A stretch of DNA of 59,051 bases, counting the filler. It is 3 parts of 3 records of this genome, joined end to end, with 100 filler letters (N's around TTAATTAATTAA, not from the genome) between each part and the next. Parts side by side here need not be neighbours in the genome. Positions count along the whole stretch, not along the records: positions 1 to 24,784 come from DRR723986_6734; positions 24,885 to 43,125 come from DRR723986_6736; 1 more part is not named here. One strand, 5' to 3'. This document shows positions 19,487-29,929 of the stretch, piece by piece. The stretch's first letter is position 1, and every line of letters starts with the position of its first letter. Below the pieces are notes generated by a model. That model saw only the letters and a list, made by a program, of their open reading frames with translations, made no database searches and was not told the DNA's origin. The position numbers and the translations under genes are program-made.

Positions 19487-20466
19487 AGGGTCTCTCCTGT
19501 TGGGTCGCCAAGCGCGACGAGGCAAATCTCTCCGTCCCAGACGGAGCCGAGCCGTTCGGCCGCGGCCCAGGATCGCTGGCCGGACCGGCAGCACAGCACC
19601 GCGCGCTGGCCGGGGGCGGGGACGGGTCCGCCCGCTCCGAAGGCGGAGACGGGCAGGCGGCGGGCAAAGGGGTGCACCAGTGGCGCCTCCTCCTCGGCCC
19701 GCAGGTCGATCAGGAAATCGCTGCCGGTGATCTCCGCCGGGGCGAGGAAGCGCGGTTGCACCGCCGGTTCGTCCGCGTCGTCGAAGCGGAAGCCGCCGAA
19801 GCGGAACCCCCGCGCATCGACGGTGACGAGTTGGCCAAGCGGCGAGGGCCGGAGACCGGCGAGCAGCGCCACCGCCATTTGCGCCTGCAGCGCGCCGACG
19901 AGGCCGACCACCGGCCCCAGCACGCCGTCCTCCGCGCAGGAGCCAAGGCGCTGCGGCAGGTCGGGAAAGACCGCCCGCAGGCTGGGCCCGCCGCCGCAGA
20001 AGGCACCGGCGTAGCCGTCCATCCCGATGACCGAGGCGCTGACGAAGGGGCGCCCGGCATCGCGGCAGATGTCCGAGAGGATGTAGCTGACCGCGAAGCT
20101 GTCGGCGCAGTCGAGCACCAGATCCACACCTTCGCACAAGGTCGCCGCGTTGGCGGGGTCGAGCGCCGCGACCACCGGCTCCACCCGCACCTCGGGGTTG
20201 AGCGCGGCAACGGCGGCGGCGGCGGCCTCGGCCTTTGGTCGCCCGATGTCGGCCTCGCGGAACAGCGTCTGGCGGTGGAGGTTCGAACCCTCGACCCGGT
20301 CGGGATCGACAAGGCGGATGCGCCCGACACCCGCGCCGCCAAGGTATTGGAGCACCGGCGCCGCAAGGCCGCCCGCGCCCACCACCAGCACCGCCGCCGC
20401 GCCCAGTCGGGCCTGTCCCTGCGGCCCGAATTCGGGCACGGCGATCTGGCGGGCGTAGCGGCTCAT
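19483..20466 (-). CDS. thiF: ThiF/MoeB adenylyltransferase with C-terminal rhodanese-like domain
   Basis: [21 protein letters not shown]-terminal CCRSGQRS. Confidence 0.9.
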   Translation of the reverse strand: MSRYARQIAVPEFGPQGQARLGAAAVLVVGAGGLAAPVLQYLGGAGVGRIRLVDPDRVEGSNLHRQTLFREADIGRPKAEAAAAAVAALNPEVRVEPVVAALDPANAATLCEGVDLVLDCADSFAVSYILSDICRDAGRPFVSASVIGMDGYAGAFCGGGPSLRAVFPDLPQRLGSCAEDGVLGPVVGLVGALQAQMAVALLAGLRPSPLGQLVTVDARGFRFGGFRFDDADEPAVQPRFLAPAEITGSDFLIDLRAEEEAPLVHPFARRLPVSAFGAGGPVPAPGQRAVLCCRSGQRSWAAAERLGSVWDGEICLVALGDPTGETL

Positions 20467-21059
20467 CGCGTGGCCTCGATCCAATGGCGGACCCGGCCCT
20501 CGGGGTCGTCGTTCAGCGTGATGTCGGTAACGGCCGAGACGATATCGGCACCGGCCTCGAAGGCCATTCCAGCGCGTTCTGGCGTCATGCCCCCGATGGC
20601 GACAAGCGGCAGGTCGCCGATCAGGCGCTTCCATTCCGCCACCCGGTCGAGCCCCTGACTGTGCCATTTCATCTTCTTCAGGATCGTCGGCCAGACGGGG
20701 CCGAGCGCCACGTAATCGGGGGCCAGCGCCAGCGCCCGGTCGAGCTCTGCGTGGTCATGGGTGCTGATCCCCAGCCTCAGCCCGGAGCGGCGGATGGCGG
20801 GCAGATCGGCCTCGTCCAGATCCTCCTGACCCAGATGCACCCAGTCGCAGCCCGCGTCGATGGCGACCTGCCAGTGGTCGTTCACCACCAGCACCGCGCC
20901 CCGCGACCGGCACAGGGCCTGCGCCTGCGCCACCAGCGGTCGCAACTCGGGTTCCGGCATGTCCTTGACCCGCAGTTGCACCAGCCGCACGCCCAGCGGC
21001 AGCATACGCTCCAGCCAGTCGAGGCTGTCGAAGATCGGGTAGAAGCGGTCGAGGGTCAT
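20463..21059 (-). CDS. thiE: Thiamine phosphate synthase
   Basis: [27 protein letters not shown]. Confidence 0.93.
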   Translation of the reverse strand: MTLDRFYPIFDSLDWLERMLPLGVRLVQLRVKDMPEPELRPLVAQAQALCRSRGAVLVVNDHWQVAIDAGCDWVHLGQEDLDEADLPAIRRSGLRLGISTHDHAELDRALALAPDYVALGPVWPTILKKMKWHSQGLDRVAEWKRLIGDLPLVAIGGMTPERAGMAFEAGADIVSAVTDITLNDDPEGRVRHWIEATR

Positions 21060-21826
21060 TCCAGAAACGCCTTCCCGAGAACCGGGGTCGAGGGCGCGGC
21101 CATGTCGCGCGGCTCCATCGGGTCGGCCTCATAGGCCAGCCGACCGGCCTGAACCGCGCGGGCAAAGCCCTCGGCCATCGCGGCAGGATCGCCGGCCTTT
21201 GCCACGGCGGTGTTCAGAAGCACGGCGTCGAAGCCCATCTCCATCGCCATCGCCGCCTGACTGGGCAGGCCAAGGCCCGCATCGACGACAATGGGCACGT
21301 CGGGGAACTGCGCGCGCAGGGTGCGCAGCCCGTAGATGTTGGTCAGCCCCAGCCCGGTCCCGATCGGCGCGCCCCATGGCATCAGGACCTCGCAGCCCGC
21401 GTCGAGCAGGCGTCCCGCCAGCACCACGTCCTCGGTCGTGTAGGGGAAGACCTGAAACCCCTCGTCCGACAGGATCCGCGCCGCCTCGACCAGCCCGAAG
21501 GGGTCGGGCTGCAGCGTATCGGCGTGGCCGATGACCTCGAGCTTGATCCACGGCGTGTCGAAGAGTTCGCGCGCCATCTGCGCCGTCGTCACCGCCTCGC
21601 GCACCGAATGGCACCCGGCGGTGTTCGGCAGCACCGCCACCCCCAACTCGCGCACCAGATCCCAGAAAGCCGCGCCCGCGCGTTCGCTGCCCGCTTCGCG
21701 GCGGACGGAGACGGTGGCGATGCCCGCGCCCGAGCGGCGGAAGGCCTCGGCCAGCACGGCGGGCGAGGGGTATTGCGCGGTGCCCAGCATCAGGCGCGAG
21801 GCGATCTCGGTTCCGTAAAGCTGCAT
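21056..21826 (-). CDS. thiG: Thiazole synthase
   Basis: [35 protein letters not shown]. Confidence 0.95.
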   Translation of the reverse strand: MQLYGTEIASRLMLGTAQYPSPAVLAEAFRRSGAGIATVSVRREAGSERAGAAFWDLVRELGVAVLPNTAGCHSVREAVTTAQMARELFDTPWIKLEVIGHADTLQPDPFGLVEAARILSDEGFQVFPYTTEDVVLAGRLLDAGCEVLMPWGAPIGTGLGLTNIYGLRTLRAQFPDVPIVVDAGLGLPSQAAMAMEMGFDAVLLNTAVAKAGDPAAMAEGFARAVQAGRLAYEADPMEPRDMAAPSTPVLGKAFLE

Positions 21827-21827
21827 C

Positions 21828-22025
21828 TCAGCCTCCCTGCCTTGGCGCGACGACCTCGATCCGGTCGCCGGGTTCCAGCGTCGTCTGCCCGCGCTTGGCG
21901 GCGGGGACGAAGCTTTCGTTGACGGCGGTGGCGACCTTCGCGCCGCCGTAGCCGAGTTCGTCGAGAACCGCGGCAAGGGTGTCGGCCCGTACCTCGGTCG
22001 CGGTGCCGTTAAGCGTGATCTTCAT
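21828..22025 (-). CDS. thiS: Sulfur carrier protein ThiS
   Basis: 65 aa, MKITLNG...[13 protein letters not shown] with C-terminal GG. Confidence 0.95.
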   Translation of the reverse strand: MKITLNGTATEVRADTLAAVLDELGYGGAKVATAVNESFVPAAKRGQTTLEPGDRIEVVAPRQGG

Positions 22026-22983
22026 GGCAGAACTCCGGTGTCGTGCCGTCCAGCGCCGCCTCTGCCGCCATCCGCGCCAGAGCGGGGGCCAGCAGAAAGC
22101 CGTGGCGGAACAGGCCGTTGAGGTGAAAGGTCTCGCCCCGCCGCGTGACGCGGGGCAGGTTGTCGGGAAAGGCCGGGCGGGCATCGGCGCCGATCTCCAC
22201 CAGTTCCGCCTCGCCGAAGGCGGGGTGCAGCGCATAGGCCGCCGAGAGCAGTTCGAGGACCGAGCGGACGCTGCGCCGGCGGTCGTCGCTTTCGATCTGG
22301 GTCGCCCCCAGCATGAACAGCCCGTCGGCGCGGGGCACCACGTAAAGCGGGATGCGCGGATGCAACAGCCGGACCGGCCGCGACAGGTGGATCTCGGTGC
22401 TGCGCAGGACGGCCATCTCGCCCTTCACGCCGCGCAGCTCCGGCAGCATGTCGCGCGCCGCCAGCCCCCGGCAGTCGAAGGTCAGGCCTTCGGGGCGGCC
22501 CGGTTCGGCGACGAAGGTGCAGCCCATGCGCTCCAGCCGGGCGCGCAGATGGGCAAGGGCCGCGCGCGGGTCCAGATGCGCCTCTGACGGGACGTGCAGC
22601 GCGCGCTGGAGGCGGCCGGCAAGGTCCGGCTCCAGCGCGGCGAGGCCCTCTGCATCGAGCCACCTGTGCCCCTGCGTGCGCCGCGCGAAGCGGTCGAGCT
22701 CTGCCCGGTCGCGCCCCAGCGCAAGGACAGTCGTGCCGCGCCGCGTGACCGTCACCCCCTGCCGGTCCCACCAGTCGGCGGCATCCTTGCCAAGCCGGAC
22801 GACGGGCTCTTCCGCGGTCTCGCCCTCGCAGATCGGGGCCAGCATGCCCCCGGCCCACCAAGAGCAGCCGTGTGGCCCGGGCCGGGGCGCCGGGTCGAAG
22901 ACCGTGACCGCGCAGCCCCGGGCGACAAGCTCCGTCGCCATGCAAAGACCGGCGACCCCGGCGCCGAGGACGCGCGCCTTCAT
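22009..22983 (-). CDS. thiO: Glycine oxidase ThiO
   Basis: GAGVAG FAD motif, [20 protein letters not shown]. Confidence 0.92.
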   Translation of the reverse strand: MKARVLGAGVAGLCMATELVARGCAVTVFDPAPRPGPHGCSWWAGGMLAPICEGETAEEPVVRLGKDAADWWDRQGVTVTRRGTTVLALGRDRAELDRFARRTQGHRWLDAEGLAALEPDLAGRLQRALHVPSEAHLDPRAALAHLRARLERMGCTFVAEPGRPEGLTFDCRGLAARDMLPELRGVKGEMAVLRSTEIHLSRPVRLLHPRIPLYVVPRADGLFMLGATQIESDDRRRSVRSVLELLSAAYALHPAFGEAELVEIGADARPAFPDNLPRVTRRGETFHLNGLFRHGFLLAPALARMAAEAALDGTTPEFCHEDHA

Positions 22984-23780
22984 GTCCAGACCTCGTGGAA
23001 ATGGTGTACGGGGCCGTGCCCCGAGCCGATGCCCAGCCCGTCCGCCGCCCGGATCGCGCCGTGCAGCCAGCCCTGTGCGCGCCGGACCGCTGCCTCCAGC
23101 CCGGCGCCCTTCGCCAGTTCGGCGGCGATGGCCGAGGACAGGCTGCATCCGGTGCCATGCGTGTTGCGTGTGTCCAGCCGCGGCTGGTCCAGCGCGGTGA
23201 CGCCCGAGGCCGTCACCAGACGGTCGATGCAGGTCGGCCCGTCGGCATGGCCGCCCTTCATCACCACCGCCCGCGCCCCGAGATCCCGCAACGCTTGGCC
23301 CTGCGCCACCGTCTCTTCGGCGGTCGTGGCCGGGGGGCGGCCCAGCAGATGCGCGGCTTCGGGCAGGTTCGGGGTCAGCACATCGGCGCGCGGCAGCAGC
23401 CGCTCGATCAGCGCCGCCCGGGCCGTCTCTGCCAGCAGGACATCGCCGGATTTAGCGACCATGACCGGGTCGAGGACGACCCAGCCGTCATAGCCCGCCA
23501 GCGCCGCTGCGACCGCCTCGACGATCTCGGCCGTGGCCAGCATGCCGATCTTGATCGCCCGTGGGGGGATGTCGTCCAGCACGGCCGCGATCTGGGCCGA
23601 GACGCCCTGCGGCGTGATCGTCTCGACCGCAAAAACGCCCCGGGTGTTCTGCGCGGTGACCGCGGTCAGGGCGCTGGTGCCATAGACCCCGAGGGCGGAG
23701 AAGGTCTTCAGGTCCGCCTGTATGCCCGCGCCGCCGCCGCTGTCGGAGCCCGCAATGGTCAGTGCAGAAGAAATCGGCAT
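22980..23780 (-). CDS. thiD: Hydroxymethylpyrimidine/phosphomethylpyrimidine kinase
   Basis: IAGSDSGGGAGIQADLK, DPVMVAKSG, THGTGC. Confidence 0.95.
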   Translation of the reverse strand: MPISSALTIAGSDSGGGAGIQADLKTFSALGVYGTSALTAVTAQNTRGVFAVETITPQGVSAQIAAVLDDIPPRAIKIGMLATAEIVEAVAAALAGYDGWVVLDPVMVAKSGDVLLAETARAALIERLLPRADVLTPNLPEAAHLLGRPPATTAEETVAQGQALRDLGARAVVMKGGHADGPTCIDRLVTASGVTALDQPRLDTRNTHGTGCSLSSAIAAELAKGAGLEAAVRRAQGWLHGAIRAADGLGIGSGHGPVHHFHEVWT

Positions 23781-23849
23781 GGTCGCTTCCCCCTCCGACG
23801 GCAGGGGGCGGGCGAAAAGACGGACGCGGGGCGGCTCGTCAGATCATGC

Positions 23850-23934
23850 TCCGTTCCCTACGCCGGTATTGTCCGGATCAGGTTCGATGGGTTGGCTTTC
23901 GCCTCTCAGCCCCGGAACGGGGCACCCCAACGGA
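23850..23934 (-). promoter_or_regulatory. TPP riboswitch
   Basis: Minus strand TCCGTT-GGGGTGC...CTGAGAG...ACCCATCGAACCTGATCCGGACAATACCGGCGTAGGG-AACGGA, upstream of thiD. Confidence 0.95.
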
Positions 23935-24213
23935 TTCGGGATATGGATAGCAACGCCCGCGATGACCTGCAACCGGGTGTGGAGGGGGGGCGGGGCACGG
24001 GCGCGCCCTGCATCCGGGTGGCATGACCGGGCGTCCCGTGACAGCGAAGCGGGTAGGGTCCCGCGCTGGGGTCCCTCGTGCCGGAAAGGCGCAACCCCGC
24101 CCTGCCCACGGTCCGCAAGGGGCCGCCGCAGGACCGGGGCACGGCTTGCGCCAAGGCCCAGGGTGCCGGCTTCTTCTGCCTCAATGGGCGGGGGTGTCGC
24201 GCGTGGCGCGCCT

Positions 24214-24784
24214 TCAGGGCGTCCCGGCGCCGGGCAAGGCGGGGCAGAGGGTGTACTCGTCGCCGTCGAGTTCGGCGGTATCGTAGGCCTGCAGGCGCTC
24301 GAACTGCCGGGTCACGTCCTCGGCGAAGAAGGCGGCGACGATGGCCCGCCCGAGGCGCTTGGCGCCGACGCTGACGGCGGGGATGTCGCCGGACACTTTG
24401 CCATGGCTCAGCATCGCCGCATCGTTGAAGCAATGGATCCGCCCGAGGGCCGGGCAGGCGCCGGGCGTCTTCTCGAGAAAGGTGAAATCCGGCGCCAGAT
24501 AGGGGGCGGTGCCAAGCGGACCATCCGGCGCGATCTCCTTGGGGAAATCGGGACGGTCGGCCCAGGACAGCACATGCGGGGCGATCTGCGACAGCTCTTC
24601 CCGGTCGGCGAAGTCGTTGCGGAACCCGGTGCCGGCGATGAGGAAATCCGTCTCCATGCTGCCCCGCGTGGTATCGAGGCGCAGGCGGTCGCCCTTTGCC
24701 GAGGCGCCGGTCAGGGCGCAGCCCAGATGGAAGAAGGCGTTCTCGTGCCGGGACACCCGGCGCACGGAATGGCGGGGCGGGGGG
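24214..24784 (-). CDS. C-terminal part of a flavin-dependent oxidoreductase/monooxygenase, cut by the gap
   Basis: DFLIAGTGF, PYLAPDFTFLEKTPG, SHG..SGDIP; frame runs into the N linker. Confidence 0.7.
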
Positions 24785-24884
24785 NNNNNNNNNNNNNNNN
24801 NNNNNNNNNNNNNNNNNNNNNNNNNNNNTTAATTAATTAANNNNNNNNNNNNNNNNNNNNNNNNNNNNNNNNNNNNNNNNNNNN
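24785..24884. other. Artificial contig-joining linker
   Basis: N runs flanking TTAATTAATTAA (stops in all frames). Confidence 0.97.
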
Positions 24885-25474
24885 CCAGACAAATGCGCGC
24901 GCTGGTCGCCTGGACCTACAACAACGTCGCGCGTTTCAATGGCAACCCCGAGAGGCTGTTTGTTGCTGGTCATTCCGCAGGCGCACATCTGACCGCGATG
25001 TGCGCCCTGACCGATTGGAAGCGCGACTACAACCTGGATAACAGAGTGATCAAAGGCATCATTCCGATCAGCGGCCTTTTTGATCTGGAGCCTCTCCAAT
25101 ACACATTTCTGCAAGACGATTTGCGCATTACGGACCCGCTCATCCAGTCTCATTCACCGCTTCGCATCCTTCGGTCTGTTCCGGTTCCGATGTTGATATC
25201 CTACGGCATGGACGAGCCGGATGAATTCCTGCGGCACTCAACGGAGTTCCTCAAAGGTTGGCAGGAGGCCGGCAATGCGGCGCGGCTTTACCCCCAAGAA
25301 GGCCGTAACCACTTCAATGCCATCACCGATCTGGCAGATCCCAAAAGTGACATGGTGACCACGATCTTGCGGTTCATGAACCATAGACCATCAAGACGTT
25401 TGTCCCCCGGCGTGCCGGGATCGTCGGCAAGGCCCACGTGGGAAATGGCAAAACAGGGAAGACTGGCGCGATGA
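24885..25474 (+). CDS. Alpha/beta hydrolase (arylformamidase/HSL-like), 5'-truncated
   Basis: Nucleophile motif GHSAGAHL, ISGLFDL, catalytic His in NHF. Confidence 0.8.
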
Positions 25475-26190
25475 GCAAAACACTTCTAGGTGTCTCGGAC
25501 CTTCATAAATCCTTTGGTGCAGTCACGATCGCTGACGGTATTTCCTTCGACATCTTCGAAGGCGAAGTTGTCGGCATCATCGGACCAAATGGCGCCGGAA
25601 AAACAACCTTGTTTGGAATGCTAGCTGGCACGGTTGCCGCAGATTCCGGGACCATCACCTTTGGCGGAACGGATATATCCTCAACGCCTACCTATGTCCG
25701 GGCGCAGATGGGCATGGGGCGAACCTATCAGATTCCCCGACCTTTCGGGCACATGACCGTTGCCGAAAACCTCAGAGTGGCATCCATGTTTGCAGGCGGA
25801 CTTGAGCCATCGGAATGCGGTGATTGGGTCAATCAGGTTCTTTCATTCACCGGACTGGCCCCACAAAGCGACATGTTGGCGGGACGGTTATCCCTGCTGG
25901 GCCGCAAACGTCACGAACTCGCCAGAGCACTGGCAACGCGCCCAAGCATCCTTCTGGTTGATGAAGTGGCTGCCGGTTTGACCGACGCCGAAGTTGACGA
26001 GTTCATTGGCCTCATCCGCAAGGTCAGTGCCTCCGGTATCACAGTGGTTTGGATCGAGCATGTCATGAAGACCATGCTCTCGGCGACGGATCGTCTGCTC
26101 GCAATCGCGGGAGGGAAGATCATTGCCTCCGGCAAACCAAAAGATGTCATCGAAACAAGGGAGGTTCGCCGTGTCTACCTCGGTGCGTAA
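25471..26190 (+). CDS. HAAT-family ABC ATP-binding protein (LivG-like)
   Basis: GPNGAGKTT, RTYQIPRPF, LVDEVAAGL, IEH. Confidence 0.9.
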   Translation: MSKTLLGVSDLHKSFGAVTIADGISFDIFEGEVVGIIGPNGAGKTTLFGMLAGTVAADSGTITFGGTDISSTPTYVRAQMGMGRTYQIPRPFGHMTVAENLRVASMFAGGLEPSECGDWVNQVLSFTGLAPQSDMLAGRLSLLGRKRHELARALATRPSILLVDEVAAGLTDAEVDEFIGLIRKVSASGITVVWIEHVMKTMLSATDRLLAIAGGKIIASGKPKDVIETREVRRVYLGA

Positions 26191-26971
26191 AGGCAGCCTT
26201 TTCTCGGAGCCTGGCCGGGATGGGAAACAGTCCATCCTGGGTGTTAATGGTCTCTCGGCTTATTATGGTGAGTTGCAGGCCTTGTTTGATGTCAGTTTTG
26301 ACGTAAATCCGGGCGAAATCCTCGCCATCATTGGTGCAAATGGCGCAGGAAAATCAACGCTACTTCGGTCCATCACCGGAATGATGAACCGCGGCAAGAC
26401 TGCGCATATCGAAGGCTCGATTTCATTTGCAGGCCGTCGCCTTGATCGTCTGACAACAGAGCAGATTGTCGATGCGGGAACCACGATGGTTCCGGAGGGG
26501 CGGATGCTTTTCCCCCGCATGAGCGTATCGGAAAATCTGCTGGTGGGGGCCCATCTTCCCAAGGCGCGTGTTCATGCCAAGCGCAAACTGGACGAGATGT
26601 ACACGTTTTTCCCGCGTCTTGCTGAACGTCGCAATCAAATCGTCAGCCAAATGTCGGGCGGCGAACAGCAAATGGTAGCGATTGCACGTGCATTGATGTC
26701 TGAACCGACTCTTGTGCTGTTTGACGAACTGTCGCTTGGTCTCGCCCCTATCATTGTTGAGGACATTTACGAGAAGGTCACCCAGATCAATCAGAGCGGC
26801 GTGACCTGCGTTGTCGTTGAACAGGACATGCACCGGGCACTGGCCGTGTCCGACCATGTTCTGGTGATGCTTGAAGGGCGCATCGTGCTGGAGGGAGCGC
26901 CAGACACATTGTCCAAAGACGACATTACCAATGCGTATTTTGGCTCCCATTCCGCAGGAGGTGATCAATGA
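26183..26971 (+). CDS. HAAT-family ABC ATP-binding protein (LivF-like)
   Basis: GANGAGKST, VPEGR, MSGGEQQM, DELSLGLAP; GTG start inferred. Confidence 0.88.
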   Translation: MRKGSLFSEPGRDGKQSILGVNGLSAYYGELQALFDVSFDVNPGEILAIIGANGAGKSTLLRSITGMMNRGKTAHIEGSISFAGRRLDRLTTEQIVDAGTTMVPEGRMLFPRMSVSENLLVGAHLPKARVHAKRKLDEMYTFFPRLAERRNQIVSQMSGGEQQMVAIARALMSEPTLVLFDELSLGLAPIIVEDIYEKVTQINQSGVTCVVVEQDMHRALAVSDHVLVMLEGRIVLEGAPDTLSKDDITNAYFGSHSAGGDQ

Positions 26972-27891
26972 CGTTCGAGGAAAATCTTTATTGGACCATG
27001 ATCGACATTGCCAATGCGCTGCTGACGGGCACGTTCATCGGCGGGTATTACGCGATGCTCAGTATCGGTCTTGCGCTCTCTTTCGGCGTTATGAAACTTG
27101 TCAATCTCGCACATGGCGATTTTCTGATCGTCGGCGCATATCTTTCCGCAATGATCCTGACGGTGGTGCCGCTCCCGCCGGTTCTCGTTCTCATCGTTGT
27201 GGTGCCAATCATGTTCGGCATTGGCTATGCACTGCAACGTTTCCTGCTCAACCATGTCTCGGTGCAGGCGATGGAGCGGCGGGGCATGTCCGCCAATTTT
27301 GGCCTCATGGCACCGATCCTTGTCACCTTCGGGCTGAGCATCACCATATCGCATCTCTTGCTCGCACTTTTTGCGTCGGATGCGGTTTCGATCAAGAACG
27401 ATCTGGCGTTCTCGGCCATCCGCATTTCTCAGGATCTGAGCATCTCTTTGCTAAGGTTCCTGTTCTTTCTGGTCGCGGTCGCGCTGCTCGTTGCGCTGCA
27501 ACTGTTCCTGAGAAGAACCATCACCGGGCGCGCCATTCGTGCCGCGTCTGACAATCCTACGTTTTCATCTCTGATGGGGATCAATACCGATCATATCTTT
27601 GCGGTGGCCTTGGGGATCTCTCTGGCGATCAGCGGGGTCGCAGGCTTCATGATCGGTATGACGCGCACCTTCCAACCCTTTGATGGGCCTCAGTTCATCC
27701 TGATCGCTTTTGGTGTCGTGATCATTGGCGGCATGAACTCAATCAAAGGCAGTCTTTTCGGTGGGATCATTCTCGGGATCACCCAAGTTTTGGCGGGAAC
27801 CTATTTCGGGCCCTCGGCCCAGCTTGTCGGCGGTTACATGTTGGTTCTTTTTGTTTTGTCATTCTGGCGTGAAGGTCTGTTCTCAAAATGA
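26968..27891 (+). CDS. HAAT-family ABC permease (LivH-like)
   Basis: GLALSFGVMKLVNLAHGDF, GRAIRA. Confidence 0.9.
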   Translation: MTFEENLYWTMIDIANALLTGTFIGGYYAMLSIGLALSFGVMKLVNLAHGDFLIVGAYLSAMILTVVPLPPVLVLIVVVPIMFGIGYALQRFLLNHVSVQAMERRGMSANFGLMAPILVTFGLSITISHLLLALFASDAVSIKNDLAFSAIRISQDLSISLLRFLFFLVAVALLVALQLFLRRTITGRAIRAASDNPTFSSLMGINTDHIFAVALGISLAISGVAGFMIGMTRTFQPFDGPQFILIAFGVVIIGGMNSIKGSLFGGIILGITQVLAGTYFGPSAQLVGGYMLVLFVLSFWREGLFSK

Positions 27892-29912
27892 TCGGAAATC
27901 TATTCAACAAGATGGCAGAGCGCCAAACCGCCGCGATACTGTTGATCGCAGCCCTTGTTATCCTGCTGGTCTTTCCATGGGCGGCTGGTGAAGGGGGGCG
28001 GTACTACACCTCACTGCTGATGACCGTGTTCCTTTTTGCAACTTTGGGGCATGCGTGGAACCTGCTCGCGGGCTTTTGCGGTCTTCTGTCGTTTGGCATC
28101 CAGGTCTACATCGGACTGGCCGGTTTCACCGTTGCGATCCTGAACTATTACTTCAACGTTCCCGTTTGGGTTGGTGTGATCTGCGGTGCCTGTGTTGCAG
28201 GGCTTTTTGCCTGGCTGTTGGCAGCGCCAATTTCCGATCAATCGGGAAAACGCCAGATGATCATCGGCTTGGTCATCGCTGTGCTTTTGTGGGCGGCCTA
28301 CGAGGTATGGATCGTTTTTGTCCCAACCGCAGATATTTTTGGCGGCGCGTATATTCGCCGGGTGATTATCCTGCTCACCATTTTTCTTGGCATGTTGCCA
28401 CTGCTCAAATTGCAAGGCGCGTATTTTGCCGTTGCCACCTGGCTGATTGCAGCGGCTGTGACCTCTGTCTTCAACGAATGGCGGCTTACAGGGGCAGGCG
28501 GCGGCATGAATATTGTCTCCGAGACCACGAGTATGGAACGCTACTACGTTGGGTTGCTGATCCTCATCGCCTCCACGGCTGTTGTCTGGAAGTTGTTGAA
28601 CAGCCGGTACGGAGACGCCCTAACGGCCGTGCGGGATGACGAGGAAGCCGCCACGGCCATCGGCATCGACGTGCGGCGCATCAAGTCAATGGTCTTTGTG
28701 ATTTCGGCGCCCATCGCAGCGCTTGCAGCTGGCCTCTTCTATGTGGACAGTGTGACGATCACGCCCAACGACGCATTTCATATCCGCTGGTCGGCCTATG
28801 TTGTGTTCATCGTTGTTGCTGGAGGGATGGGAACGCTCAGTGGACCGATTGTCGGTGCAATTGCCTTCGTCATCATCCAGCGGTTCCTGTCCGGCCTTTG
28901 GGGCGGCGGCGAACTGACACTTGGTCTGGCCTCGGTCCTGTTGATCCTGCTGTTGCCGCGCGGAATAATGGGACTTGTTCAAGAGTTGCGGACAAGGGCC
29001 AAGACGGCACCACCTGTGCAGCGCAAAGCATCGCTGTTTTCATCGCCAGCCAAGCTTGCCAAGGCGGACACATCACATATTCCCGAGGGGCCAGGTTTGG
29101 TTGCGGCATTGATGGTGCCGGGCAGTCCGCTGCCGATGCTCAACGGGAGCAATCCGGCATGGAAAGATCTTGTCGCGGGATATGAGGCGGCACGCGAGGC
29201 GCTTGAGGCCGCAAGGCCGGATGTGATCCTCGTTTATTCTGGTCAATGGATGGCTGTTCTCGATCAGCTCTGGCAAACCAGCCCGCATCTGCGTGGCACC
29301 CATGTTGATGAGAACTGGCATGAATACGGTGCCCTGAACTATGATTTCAGGACAGACCGGGAGGGCACGCTGGCCTGTATTGCCGGGTGTGACACCGTCG
29401 GGGTGCGGGCCAAGCCAGTGGATTTTGATCACTTCCCGATCGACAGTGGCACTATCGTTGCAAACGGGTTCCTGAACGAACGCCTGCGCGCGCCGCTGAT
29501 CATCGCTTCGGCCAACATCTATCACGATTACGAAACCACCCGGAAACTGGGCGAAATGGCAGCCCGCGAAGCGATCAAACTTGGTCGCCGGGTTGCGATC
29601 ATCGGCGTTGGCGGCCTGTCAGGTTCGATTTTCCGTCAGGAAATTGATCCGCAAAACGACCGTATCAAATCTCCAGAGGATGACGCGTTGAACCGCAAGA
29701 TGCTGGAGCTGATGGAGGCGGGAGACCGAAACGGGATTGATCAATTCCGCCTGGAATTCATCGCCAAGGCCCGGGCTGACAACAATTTCAAACACTTCGC
29801 ATGGTTGCAGGGGGCAATGGGCTCTGAATGGAGCGGTGCAAAGGTTCTTGCCTACGGTCCCGCCTGGGGCGCCGGCTCAGCTGTCGTTCAGTTTGATCTG
29901 AACAGAAAATAA
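27888..29912 (+). CDS. Fusion: LivM-like ABC permease (to about 28990) + 2-aminophenol 1,6-dioxygenase alpha-subunit-like (LigB-fold) domain (about 29094-29912)
   Basis: Permease motifs AWNLLAGFCG, AVRDDEEAA, GGMGT..GP; then VPGSPLP, RPDVILVYS.QW.AVLDQ.W, HVDENW, FPIDSGT, GVGGLSGS.FR, FKH..W..GA resembling AmnA/CnbCa as recalled. Confidence 0.85.
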   Translation: MIGNLFNKMAERQTAAILLIAALVILLVFPWAAGEGGRYYTSLLMTVFLFATLGHAWNLLAGFCGLLSFGIQVYIGLAGFTVAILNYYFNVPVWVGVICGACVAGLFAWLLAAPISDQSGKRQMIIGLVIAVLLWAAYEVWIVFVPTADIFGGAYIRRVIILLTIFLGMLPLLKLQGAYFAVATWLIAAAVTSVFNEWRLTGAGGGMNIVSETTSMERYYVGLLILIASTAVVWKLLNSRYGDALTAVRDDEEAATAIGIDVRRIKSMVFVISAPIAALAAGLFYVDSVTITPNDAFHIRWSAYVVFIVVAGGMGTLSGPIVGAIAFVIIQRFLSGLWGGGELTLGLASVLLILLLPRGIMGLVQELRTRAKTAPPVQRKASLFSSPAKLAKADTSHIPEGPGLVAALMVPGSPLPMLNGSNPAWKDLVAGYEAAREALEAARPDVILVYSGQWMAVLDQLWQTSPHLRGTHVDENWHEYGALNYDFRTDREGTLACIAGCDTVGVRAKPVDFDHFPIDSGTIVANGFLNERLRAPLIIASANIYHDYETTRKLGEMAAREAIKLGRRVAIIGVGGLSGSIFRQEIDPQNDRIKSPEDDALNRKMLELMEAGDRNGIDQFRLEFIAKARADNNFKHFAWLQGAMGSEWSGAKVLAYGPAWGAGSAVVQFDLNRK

Positions 29913-29929
29913 TTGCCCAGGAGAGGTCC

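Noticed and set aside
24829-24840. TTAATTAATTAA palindrome within N runs (also at 43170-43181)
   Set aside because: Artificial six-frame-stop scaffold spacer, not biological
2830-24840. Many long alternative-frame or antisense ORFs (e.g. 2830-4536 -, 4657-6672 +, 9654-11747 +, 17609-20014 +)
   Set aside because: Shadows of real genes in high-GC DNA; Arg/Pro/Gly-rich with no family motifs
24214-25474. Flavin oxidoreductase as the upstream step of the aminophenol pathway
   Set aside because: Separated by an artificial linker and different in GC; adjacency is not real
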